From assembly GCA_016787225.1 (NCBI GenBank), contig JAEUUY010000021.1, positions 100,408 through 164,407 on the forward strand: a DNA stretch of 64,000 nt, given 5' to 3'. Shown piece by piece: positions 46,563 through 54,454 of this stretch. The stretch's first letter is position 1, and every line of letters begins with the position of its first letter. A model generated the notes under the pieces. That model searched no databases. It saw nothing but the letters and a program-made list of their open reading frames with translations, and was not told where the DNA came from. The stretch comes from Chitinophagales bacterium (lineage in GTDB: Bacteria > Bacteroidota > Bacteroidia > Chitinophagales > JADJOU01). Both the position numbers and the translations under genes were made by a program.

Positions 46563-47213
46563 ATGTTGAGAGGATATTTATTAGGATACGTTTTATTATG
46601 TTTTTCTTGTCACGAAAGCAGACCTATTGAATATGTTGAATTTACTTCACCTCAGCCGCAAGGTAAAAAAGATTTGGCCACTATTCCGAAAAGGCTTCAA
46701 GGTTATTATTCAAATTTGACTGATTATATTGATCTTGAGATTACGAGTTATCATGTTATCAAACACCATATAGGAAAAGATACTATTGATTTACGAGATA
46801 GTATATTTGAATTGGCAGAGATAATTGGTGACACGTTGTATGATAAAGAGTCATCTATGAAATTTAAATTTAGGCGGCTGGGAGATAGCTTTATATCAGA
46901 TTTTCACTATATTTATATTGACACAATTTTTGATTTAAATAAAGGAGACAAACTTAGAAAGATGAAAGGTTATTTTTTTTTGAATCAAAAATATGGCGAT
47001 AGTTCTTGGGGTGTGAGAAAATTGTCCTTAAAGAAAGGTTTATTAAACATAAGTCAAATAAGCAGCGAAGAGGAGATTAACTTATTGCAGACTATCACCG
47101 AGACTAAACAAGATTTCATTCGACCCTTTAAAGCCAACCCAAGTAAAAAACAGTTTAGAGAATTCATTAAGAAAAATGAATTTGCCAAAGGAGAGAGTTA
47201 TATAAAGAAATAG
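46563..47213 (+). CDS. hypothetical protein (possible lipoprotein, LLCFSC)
   Basis: 216 aa with a hydrophobic N-terminus containing Cys and no recognised motif. Confidence 0.4.
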   Translation: MLRGYLLGYVLLCFSCHESRPIEYVEFTSPQPQGKKDLATIPKRLQGYYSNLTDYIDLEITSYHVIKHHIGKDTIDLRDSIFELAEIIGDTLYDKESSMKFKFRRLGDSFISDFHYIYIDTIFDLNKGDKLRKMKGYFFLNQKYGDSSWGVRKLSLKKGLLNISQISSEEEINLLQTITETKQDFIRPFKANPSKKQFREFIKKNEFAKGESYIKK

Positions 47214-47257
47214 TTAATTTATTATTTTGATTCTCGATTGAAATAAAATTATGGCTA

Positions 47258-47890
47258 TCATTCCCCATAAAATTTATCCTTGTTCCAATTGAGAGGATTG
47301 GTGCGAATGTAATTTTGAATATTTATAAAAGATGTATAATCTCGAATTACGTGGTCGTGAAATCGCGATTGCCATCCAAATTCAATACCCAGTCTTTTGC
47401 AGTGTTTGGTTACAGCAGATTTGTAGGAACCTATAACAGATGATATTGTGTTTTTACCCTGATTTTGAAATCGTTTTTTGCCAGGGGATAAATCATCCCC
47501 ATGCGGTAGAGACAAGGCATGCCTTGTCTCATTGTTTTGTTGATCAGACAGGGTATGCCCCGTCTGTGCATTTTGTTCATTAGACAAGGCGTGCCTTGTC
47601 TCTACCGTATTGGTATCATTGCCGTGCAATATCAATATCCCATGAATGTGATTTGGCATGACCACAAATTCGTCTATTTCTATATTCTGTGCATGATTTT
47701 TTATTTCGTACCATAGAATATTGGCAATAATTCCAATATTGGATAAAACCATTTGATCGTCTATTATTTCGCCAAAATAATGGGCACGATTGCGGGTACA
47801 AATTGTTATGAAATACGCCCCATCCCATGCATAATCCCAATTTTGCCATCGAGCAGAAGGGATTCTATATTTGTCTTGGTATTTTTCCAC
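47258..47890 (-). CDS. IS200/RayT-like HUH (Y1) transposase-family protein
   Basis: The HUH motif is VVMPNHIHGILIL. The conserved C-terminus is FQNQGKNTISSVIGSYKSAVTKH...WQSRFHDHVIRD...YIRTNPLNW. A repeat insert (ETRHALS...) lies between the two halves. Confidence 0.8.
   Translation of the reverse strand: MEKYQDKYRIPSARWQNWDYAWDGAYFITICTRNRAHYFGEIIDDQMVLSNIGIIANILWYEIKNHAQNIEIDEFVVMPNHIHGILILHGNDTNTVETRHALSNEQNAQTGHTLSDQQNNETRHALSLPHGDDLSPGKKRFQNQGKNTISSVIGSYKSAVTKHCKRLGIEFGWQSRFHDHVIRDYTSFINIQNYIRTNPLNWNKDKFYGE
47509..47602. repeat. three tandem 36-bp units, each carrying a GAGAC..GTCTC-type palindrome, inside the RayT-like ORF
   Basis: GAGACAAGGCATGCCTTGTCTC (47509-47530) is a perfect 22-nt palindrome. 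CAGACAGGGTATGCCCCGTCTG (47545-47566) and AGACAAGGCGTGCCTTGTCT (47582-47601) are imperfect copies. They encode ETRHALS / TGHTLS / ETRHALS. Confidence 0.8.
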
Positions 47891-47944
47891 AGTGATTTAT
47901 AGTCTTAATCTTAAACCAAATATAGCTAAAAATTAATTTCCTTA

Positions 47945-50887
47945 TTATACATTATCCCTATTCACCGTTTCCAATCGTTGCATTTCCTTTACATCAATAT
48001 AAATAAAATCAAATTCTATGACAACCTTTCCGCGTAGTCGATAACAGCCATTGCCCCGAAATGGAAATGCAGCAGCGGATGGTGGGAAGTGAACGGTGTC
48101 TATCCAGTCGCCATCTTGGTCGATAAAGGTTCCGAAATACATTTTATTGCCTTGGTGTGTGCTACTGCGTTTCACAGCAGCCAGATAACCTATAATGACA
48201 ACTTCTTTATGTAAATAGTTCTTTAAATCTCGCGCCAAGAAATTATCCTGCAGTGGATTTTTTAGCAACTGAAAAGGTGAACAAAGAGGAAACCCTAATA
48301 GCTCTATTTCATCCAAGGCATCGTCCAGCCAATGATGCTCTAGCTTGGGGAATTGATAGTCTATAACTTCTTTTTTAAATAACTCATTGGAGTGTATCTC
48401 TTGTTTGGGATTAATTTCTAAATGCGCCTGCCAGAGCAGTTCTTTTTTATTTTTTCCAGAAAATCGGAAGGCACCTATTCGAATGAGAAGTATAATCTGT
48501 TCTAGCGAAATTTTTACTCGAGCGATAAAGTCTGTCAAATTTTCAAAGTCCGCTTTTTTTCTTTCTTCTAAAATTGAACGCACCGTATTGGCTTCGAGGT
48601 TTTGAATCATTTGGAATCCAAGAAAGATATTCTTGCCATGAATAGTGGTCATCACATGGCTTTGATTGATACAGGGTGCTTCAATATGACCACCATGCAT
48701 GCGAGCCTCATGCACATAAATCTCTGTCCGATAGTAGCCTCCGCCATTATTGAGGGTAGCTACCATATATTCTAGAGGATAATAAGCTTTGAGGTAGAGG
48801 GCTTGAAAACTCTCCACGGCATAGCTGGCGGAGTGTGCTTTAGAAAAAGCATAATTCGCAAAACTTTCTATCTGAAACCAAATGTCTTGTATCGTTTTCT
48901 GTTGATAGCCTTTTTGTATACAATTATGGAAGAAATTTTCTTTAACTTTATGAAATTCATTTCGCTGTTTAAACTTCCAACTCATGCCTCTGCGGAGATA
49001 ATCAGCTTCAGCTAGAGTCAATCCTGCAAAATAATGTGCGACTTTGATAACATCCTCTTGGTAAACCATAACTCCATAGGTTTCTTCTAAGATTTCATAG
49101 AGATGTGGAATCGCTTTCTTTGCCTTCTCCCTTTTTACGGGGTCTCTAAAGCGCTGAATATATTCTGCCATCATTCCGCTCTTACTTACTCCTGGACGTA
49201 TGATAGAACTCGCAGCTACTAACCTCAAATAATCATCCGCTTGGAGCTTGGTAAGGAGCATGCGCATAGCAGGAGATTCGATATAAAAGCAACCTATGCA
49301 TTTTCCTTGTCGGAGTAAATCCTTGACGAGTTCATCTTCTTTATATTTCGCTACCTGATGTATGTCGATGTCTATACCCCTAGTCATAGCCAATATATCG
49401 ACAGTTTCTTTGATTTTTGCGAGTCCTCGCTGACTGAGAATGTCAAATTTTGCCAAACCAATATCCTCAGCTTCTAACATGCTGAAGTGTGTGGTAGGAT
49501 AACCCTTAGGGGGCATAAATGTAGCCGTAAAGCTATGGATAGGTTCTTCAGATATGATGATACCACTAGCATGAATACTAAGATGGCTTGGGAATCCTGC
49601 TATCAGCTGACTATATTGAAGCACCAATTGACTCATAGAATCCAGTTGCTGTATGTCTTTCTCACGTTGAAGTTTATCAATTTCATGTGCTGGTAAACCA
49701 AAAACCTTTCCCAATTCACGTATGACGGCATCTTTCTGAAAGGTATTATAGCTGCCGAGTAAAGCGGTATGTTCGTATCCAAATCGATGGAAGATATATT
49801 CTGTCATATCATCTCGATCTGTCCATGAAAAGTCGATGTCAAAGTCTGGTGGGTTATTCCGAAAGGGATTGATAAATCGCTCGAAGTATAAATCGAGTTC
49901 GATAGGATCTACATCCGTTATCCGCAAAAGATAAGCCACCAGACTATTGGCTCCACTGCCTCTACCCACGTAGAAATAATCCTTGGACCTCGCATAGCTT
50001 ACAATATCCCAGTTGATAAGGAAATAGGATGCAAACTTCATGGTTTGAATGACAGACAATTCCTTTTCCATTCGTTGCGTGATTTCATCCGTGACCTCTG
50101 AATAGCGGTAGGGAAGACCTTCTATACATAATTGTCGAAGCATTTGATTATCTTCATCATAGCTGGTTGTGTAGAATCGTTTGTTTTTAAAACTCATCTT
50201 GCCCATTTCGATTTCAACCTTTGATTCGTTCAGCAGATTCAACGTATTTTCTATAATAATGGGATAGTCTTTAAAAATTTCTTTGAGTACGGATACTTTT
50301 AAGATTAATTCTTCTATGCTGGCTTGATCATGAGGTTCCAAGCGACTTAAAAGCATGTTTTTATCGATAGCACGCAATAAACGATGGGCATTAAAGTCTC
50401 TTTTTTGTAAAAAACTCAGCGGCTGCAAAATGATGCATTTCTCTATATTTAAACTTTTGTATAAAAAAGGAAGTTTTGATACTTCTTTTGCCGAAATGCC
50501 AATATATTCATAGTCTTTCAGCTTATGACCTAAATACTTACTTAAAGGATAAATTACATTGACATGCTTAAAATTTGGAGCTATTTTTGGAAACTCTTGG
50601 TCTTTGTGTAAAAATTCTGACAAATGTCGATTGAGTTCGAGATACCCCATATTATTTTTAGCTATTCCTATATAACACTGCTCTATACCATTTCGAAAAT
50701 CGATACCAAGGCTAAGTTGAATACCTAATTCCTCAGCTAATCGAATAGAATCTATGGACGCAGATGTATTATTGATATCCGTTAAGGCAATCGACTCATA
50801 TCCGTTTTGTTTTGCAGCCTCTAACAACTGACTTGGCGATAGTGTGCCATAACCAAGACTAAAATAGGTATGAGTGCAGAGAAGCAT
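47945..50887 (-). CDS. dnaE2: DNA polymerase III alpha subunit, short DnaE2-like (error-prone) type
   Basis: It has an N-terminal PHP domain (HTYFSLGYGTLSPSQLLEAAKQNGYESIALTDINNTS), a Pol III alpha core (FDIDFS, SIHASGIIIS, FSKAHSASYA) and a C-terminal OB-like end. At 980 aa it is much shorter than replicative DnaE. The DnaE2 assignment is an inference from size and architecture. Confidence 0.75.
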   Translation of the reverse strand: MLLCTHTYFSLGYGTLSPSQLLEAAKQNGYESIALTDINNTSASIDSIRLAEELGIQLSLGIDFRNGIEQCYIGIAKNNMGYLELNRHLSEFLHKDQEFPKIAPNFKHVNVIYPLSKYLGHKLKDYEYIGISAKEVSKLPFLYKSLNIEKCIILQPLSFLQKRDFNAHRLLRAIDKNMLLSRLEPHDQASIEELILKVSVLKEIFKDYPIIIENTLNLLNESKVEIEMGKMSFKNKRFYTTSYDEDNQMLRQLCIEGLPYRYSEVTDEITQRMEKELSVIQTMKFASYFLINWDIVSYARSKDYFYVGRGSGANSLVAYLLRITDVDPIELDLYFERFINPFRNNPPDFDIDFSWTDRDDMTEYIFHRFGYEHTALLGSYNTFQKDAVIRELGKVFGLPAHEIDKLQREKDIQQLDSMSQLVLQYSQLIAGFPSHLSIHASGIIISEEPIHSFTATFMPPKGYPTTHFSMLEAEDIGLAKFDILSQRGLAKIKETVDILAMTRGIDIDIHQVAKYKEDELVKDLLRQGKCIGCFYIESPAMRMLLTKLQADDYLRLVAASSIIRPGVSKSGMMAEYIQRFRDPVKREKAKKAIPHLYEILEETYGVMVYQEDVIKVAHYFAGLTLAEADYLRRGMSWKFKQRNEFHKVKENFFHNCIQKGYQQKTIQDIWFQIESFANYAFSKAHSASYAVESFQALYLKAYYPLEYMVATLNNGGGYYRTEIYVHEARMHGGHIEAPCINQSHVMTTIHGKNIFLGFQMIQNLEANTVRSILEERKKADFENLTDFIARVKISLEQIILLIRIGAFRFSGKNKKELLWQAHLEINPKQEIHSNELFKKEVIDYQFPKLEHHWLDDALDEIELLGFPLCSPFQLLKNPLQDNFLARDLKNYLHKEVVIIGYLAAVKRSSTHQGNKMYFGTFIDQDGDWIDTVHFPPSAAAFPFRGNGCYRLRGKVVIEFDFIYIDVKEMQRLETVNRDNV

Positions 50888-50953
50888 GAAGTAAACAATG
50901 AATTTTGGATATGAAAAGCGGATGAATTATCTTTGTAAATATAAACAAAGATT

Positions 50954-51331
50954 ATGATAAAACGACTGACATTATACTTGTTTCTTATTAGTCTAATAGC
51001 TTGCGGTAAAGAAGAAGACAATTGTTCTTATTCATCTGAATTCTGTAATTCTATAGAATATGCTGATTATGCAACCGCTTCAACTTATATGAACAATTTT
51101 TTAGTGACTTTAGACGCTAATCTATCAGATGAAGCTAAAATAAATTTACTCGAAAACTGGCTCAAATGCAAGCCTTGTGTGAGGCTTATAGAAAATCCAT
51201 GTATTTCTTGTATGTTTTCAAATCCCCCACAAAGTTATATAGAAATAAATGTTTTAGTCAAGGGACAGATTGTTAAGAATACAATTTATATATTAATGAG
51301 CAAAACTCCAATTGGCAGAATTAGCGAATGA
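50954..51331 (+). CDS. hypothetical lipoprotein
   Basis: The lipobox-like signal is LFLISLIACGKEE. 125 aa and Cys-rich. Confidence 0.4.
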   Translation: MIKRLTLYLFLISLIACGKEEDNCSYSSEFCNSIEYADYATASTYMNNFLVTLDANLSDEAKINLLENWLKCKPCVRLIENPCISCMFSNPPQSYIEINVLVKGQIVKNTIYILMSKTPIGRISE

Positions 51332-51392
51332 TACAAAAAAATCCCCTTACTTTCGTAAGGGGATTCTAAAAATCAATAAAATACTTGGAGAA

Positions 51393-51587
51393 TTATCCTT
51401 CTAAGCTCTTTAAATATGATTGAGTATACGCAGCTTTGAGTCGCTGATTTCTAGAAGCAACAGACTTTTTTGTAAAATGTTGTCTAGCACGCAATTTTTT
51501 TACAGTTCCGGTTTGGTCGAACTTTTTCTTGTACTTTTTAAGCAACTTATCTATTGAGTCTGCTTCTCTTGAATCTATGATTAACAT
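51393..51587 (-). CDS. rpsU: 30S ribosomal protein S21
   Basis: 64 aa. The pattern MLII....ADSIDKLLKKYKKKFDQTGTVKKLRARQHFTKKSV is typical of bS21. Confidence 0.9.
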   Translation of the reverse strand: MLIIDSREADSIDKLLKKYKKKFDQTGTVKKLRARQHFTKKSVASRNQRLKAAYTQSYLKSLEG

Positions 51588-51596
51588 ATATAATTA

Positions 51597-51601
51597 CCTC
51601 C
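51597..51601 (-). promoter_or_regulatory. Shine-Dalgarno-like GAGGT upstream of rpsU
   Basis: The minus strand reads AAAAAAGAGGTAATTATATATG, with spacing of about 8-9 nt. Other genes in the window lack such a purine box. Coordinates are +/-1. Confidence 0.45.
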
Positions 51602-51617
51602 TTTTTTTATAAGCCTG

Positions 51618-51625
51618 CAAATATA
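51618..51625 (-). promoter_or_regulatory. -7 promoter box TATATTTG (minus strand) for rpsU
   Basis: TAnnTTTG lies about 30 nt upstream of the rpsU ATG. Confidence 0.4.
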
Positions 51626-51735
51626 AGAAGTTTTTAGTTTTCAGTTAAAAGTTTTTTAAAAAGTCACAGTAGTCAGGCACAGTAATAATCTCGAAATTTA
51701 TACTGCGACTTATTACTGCATTCTGCGCACTCAAT

Positions 51736-52875
51736 TTATTTAAGTAATTCTCTAGCGATAACCAATTTTTGAATTTCAGAAGTTCCTTCTCCTATCGTAC
51801 AGAGCTTAATATCTCTGTAATGTTTCTCAACAGGAAATTCTTTGATATAACCATATCCACCAAATATTTGCACTGCTTCATTACAAACCTTGCATCCAAT
51901 CTCACTCGCGTAGTATTTCGCTATAGCAGATTCTTTGGTAATTTTCAGTCCACGGGCTTTCATGTCTGCACATTGATAAATTAAGAGTTCCGCCGCTTCT
52001 ATCTGTGTAGCCATATCAGCTAATTTAAAGGCTATTGCTTGGTTCTGTGCGATAGGCTTGCCGAATTGCTGTCTTTCTTTACTGTATTTCACAGAGGCTT
52101 CAAATGCTCCTTTAGCAATACCTAAAGCAAGAGAAGCAATAGAAATACGCCCTCCATCTAAGATTTTCATGGCTTGGATAAATCCTTCTCCTACTTTTCC
52201 TAATACGGCATCTTTTGATACAATACAGTTATCAAATATAACCTCTCCAGTCTCTGAAGCACGCATCCCCAGCTTATCCTCTTTTTTGCCACATTTTAAG
52301 CCAGGATTGCCACGTTCTACGATAAATGCAGTCATGCCATGACTATCTAAAAGCTCTCCAGTTCTGACGATGACTACCATCACATCACCTGTCAAGCCAT
52401 GAGTGATAAAGGTTTTAGTGCCATTGATAATCCAATTGTCACCGTCTTGTTTAGCTGTACATAGCATACGCATAGCATCAGAGCCCGTATTTGGTTCAGT
52501 CAAGCCCCATGCACCTATGAACTCACCACTGGCTAGTTTGGGGCTGTATTTTCTTCGTTGCTCTTCATTTCCAAATTGAAATAAGTGCATAGAACACAGA
52601 GAGTTGTGCGCGGCATAGGATAGACCCACAGAACCACAAACCTTAGAAAGTTCCTCAATAGCTACAATATATTCTTCATATCCCATACCAGCTCCACCAT
52701 ATTCTTCTGGGATCAGTATGCCCATAAAGCCTAGTTCTCCCAATTTTTTAAATACATGTGTAGGGAATTCCTGAGTTTCATCCCACTCTTTGTAGAATGG
52801 TAAAACTTCCTTTTTGGCAAACTCAGCAATGGTCGATCGTACTAAATTTTGATTTTCTGAATGACTAAAATTCAT
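51736..52875 (-). CDS. acyl-CoA dehydrogenase (short/branched-chain type)
   Basis: 379 aa with GAWGLTEPNTGSDA, the catalytic-base context YRDIKLCTIGEGTSEIQ and FGGYGY. Confidence 0.9.
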   Translation of the reverse strand: MNFSHSENQNLVRSTIAEFAKKEVLPFYKEWDETQEFPTHVFKKLGELGFMGILIPEEYGGAGMGYEEYIVAIEELSKVCGSVGLSYAAHNSLCSMHLFQFGNEEQRRKYSPKLASGEFIGAWGLTEPNTGSDAMRMLCTAKQDGDNWIINGTKTFITHGLTGDVMVVIVRTGELLDSHGMTAFIVERGNPGLKCGKKEDKLGMRASETGEVIFDNCIVSKDAVLGKVGEGFIQAMKILDGGRISIASLALGIAKGAFEASVKYSKERQQFGKPIAQNQAIAFKLADMATQIEAAELLIYQCADMKARGLKITKESAIAKYYASEIGCKVCNEAVQIFGGYGYIKEFPVEKHYRDIKLCTIGEGTSEIQKLVIARELLK

Positions 52876-52904
52876 AACTATATTTATTTACTATTAATAA
52901 TTTA

Positions 52905-53693
52905 CTAAGATTCAGTTCTTTCAAGGCTGCCTCTCTGAGCTCTGGCCACTACCAATACACTAATTTCAAATAAAATAAAAAGTGGAATAGCTACCATGAT
53001 TTGACTAAAAATATCGGGTGAAGGCGTAATGGCTGCTGCAGCCACCAATATTGCTATATATAAATGCTTGCGATAGGTATGCATGAAATCGGTTGTTAAT
53101 ATTCCCATTTTAGATAAAAAATAAGCTATAATAGGCAGTTCAAACATAATTCCTGTCCATAAGACCGTATCGGATAAATTTTCAAAATAGTTGGAAATAT
53201 TAGGCATATTGACAATATCATTACTCACCGTATACCCTGTTAAAAAGATAAGCGTAATAGGAAAAATGATAAAATAACCGAAGGCTGAACCTAGCAAAAA
53301 TAATAAAAACCCAAACCCTAACAACACCTGTGCATAGTTGCGTTCAGATTTATGTAGAGCAGGTAAGATAAACAACCATATTTCCCAAAGGAAATAAGGA
53401 ACGGAAGCCATGACACCTAGCATAAAAGCCGTTTTGATATGTAGGAAAAACTGTCCTGCTATTTCAGTATTGATAAGTTTTACAGGGATTTCAGTTACAC
53501 AAAAATCTTTAGCTAATTTACATAAGACTTTGTAAGACCAAAAGTTAACATCTAAAGGACCAAAAATTATATCCTCAAATACAAACTTACTAAAGACAAA
53601 GATAAGTATGGTGACGATAAGTAAGAAAATAACGGAACGAAGAATATGAAATCGCAATTCTTCAATGTGTTCGAAAAAATTCATTTCCTTCAC
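52905..53693 (-). CDS. tatC: twin-arginine translocase subunit TatC
   Basis: FFEHIEELRFHILRS is at the N-terminus, with 6 TM segments and 262 aa. Confidence 0.9.
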   Translation of the reverse strand: MKEMNFFEHIEELRFHILRSVIFLLIVTILIFVFSKFVFEDIIFGPLDVNFWSYKVLCKLAKDFCVTEIPVKLINTEIAGQFFLHIKTAFMLGVMASVPYFLWEIWLFILPALHKSERNYAQVLLGFGFLLFLLGSAFGYFIIFPITLIFLTGYTVSNDIVNMPNISNYFENLSDTVLWTGIMFELPIIAYFLSKMGILTTDFMHTYRKHLYIAILVAAAAITPSPDIFSQIMVAIPLFILFEISVLVVARAQRGSLERTES

Positions 53694-53715
53694 CCCTCGC
53701 GATGATTTTATAGGT

Positions 53716-54258
53716 TTATTGACAGACTTGATTAAGATTTTCTAGACCTTTTCCAAAATCCTTACCTAGAAAGAATTTCATCATGGTATATCTATAACCA
53801 TCAAGAAACTTCGCTGCAATAGGATTGTTAACTCCAGTAACCTCTATTGTCCACGTTACAGCAGTTCCATTTTCTACAGGTATAAAGCGAAAAGAGCCTT
53901 TAGCTGGTAACTGATTTTCATAATTTAGTAGGGTTTCAATTTCGCTATTAGCTTCATAATCTGTAATCGTTAATTTGCCATATCCCACCCTTTTGTTACC
54001 TTCCCAGCTATACCAGGCATTCTTACCTTGTGTATTCTCGCTATAAATCATTTTTATATTTGGGTCATATGCTCTCCAAGGACTCCATTGTTCCCAATTT
54101 TTTAAATCAATCACCATTGAAAATACCTTTTCTGGATTCGCTGAAATTGTTTTGGTAACAGAAAATTCACTTTCTCTCGGTAAAAAGAACCCAACAGTAA
54201 TCATTCCAAGCAAAAAAATTCCTAATAAGGAAACAAAGGATTTAAATACACTTCCCAT
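53716..54258 (-). CDS. SRPBCC (START/polyketide-cyclase-like) superfamily protein with N-terminal TM anchor
   Basis: After one TM helix comes a ~150-aa domain (FSVTKTISANPEKVFSMVIDLKNWEQWSPW...) typical of SRPBCC ligand-binding folds. The start was moved to ATG 54258 because a -7 box lies inside the ORF-track extension. Confidence 0.55.
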   Translation of the reverse strand: MGSVFKSFVSLLGIFLLGMITVGFFLPRESEFSVTKTISANPEKVFSMVIDLKNWEQWSPWRAYDPNIKMIYSENTQGKNAWYSWEGNKRVGYGKLTITDYEANSEIETLLNYENQLPAKGSFRFIPVENGTAVTWTIEVTGVNNPIAAKFLDGYRYTMMKFFLGKDFGKGLENLNQVCQ

Positions 54259-54276
54259 TTGTAATAAGAGTTTGGG

Positions 54277-54284
54277 CAAATGTA
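54277..54284 (-). promoter_or_regulatory. -7 promoter box TACATTTG (minus strand)
   Basis: TAnnTTTG lies 19 nt upstream of ATG 54258. Confidence 0.4.
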
Positions 54285-54416
54285 CAATTGTTTTATTAAA
54301 TAAAACCAAGCCAAAACTTAAAATTAGTAAAGACCACTATGCGAGATATTTAAACCAATTTACTAAAATAAATGTCTTAAAATTGAGTTTTAAATTTCAG
54401 TTTTATATAAAAATCT

Positions 54417-54424
54417 TATATTTG
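54417..54424 (+). promoter_or_regulatory. -7 promoter box TATATTTG
   Basis: TAnnTTTG lies 31 nt upstream of ATG 54455. Confidence 0.4.
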
Positions 54425-54454
54425 TCCAAAAGATATCACTTAAATAACTACAAT

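Noticed and set aside
47519-47849. ORFs 47519-47716(+) and 47616-47849(-) overlapping the RayT-like gene.
   Set aside because: They are alternative-frame or antisense readings of the palindromic repeat region. Because the repeats are palindromes they stay open in several frames. Only the 47258-47890 frame carries the HUH and C-terminal family motifs.
51530-51545. An apparent +1 frame break in rpsU. Translating by hand, I found one extra A in the run TTTTTAAAG near 51540.
   Set aside because: The supplied ORF track gives an uninterrupted 64-aa bS21 over 51393-51587, so this is most likely my own counting slip. The practical consequence is that hand-derived coordinates near here may be off by 1.
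54152-54454. 101-codon N-terminal extension of the 54455 gene, which overlaps the SRPBCC gene on the opposite strand.
   Set aside because: The extension is basic and low-complexity. It contains a TATATTTG promoter box at 54417. Downstream of that box an ATG is immediately followed by a textbook signal peptide.
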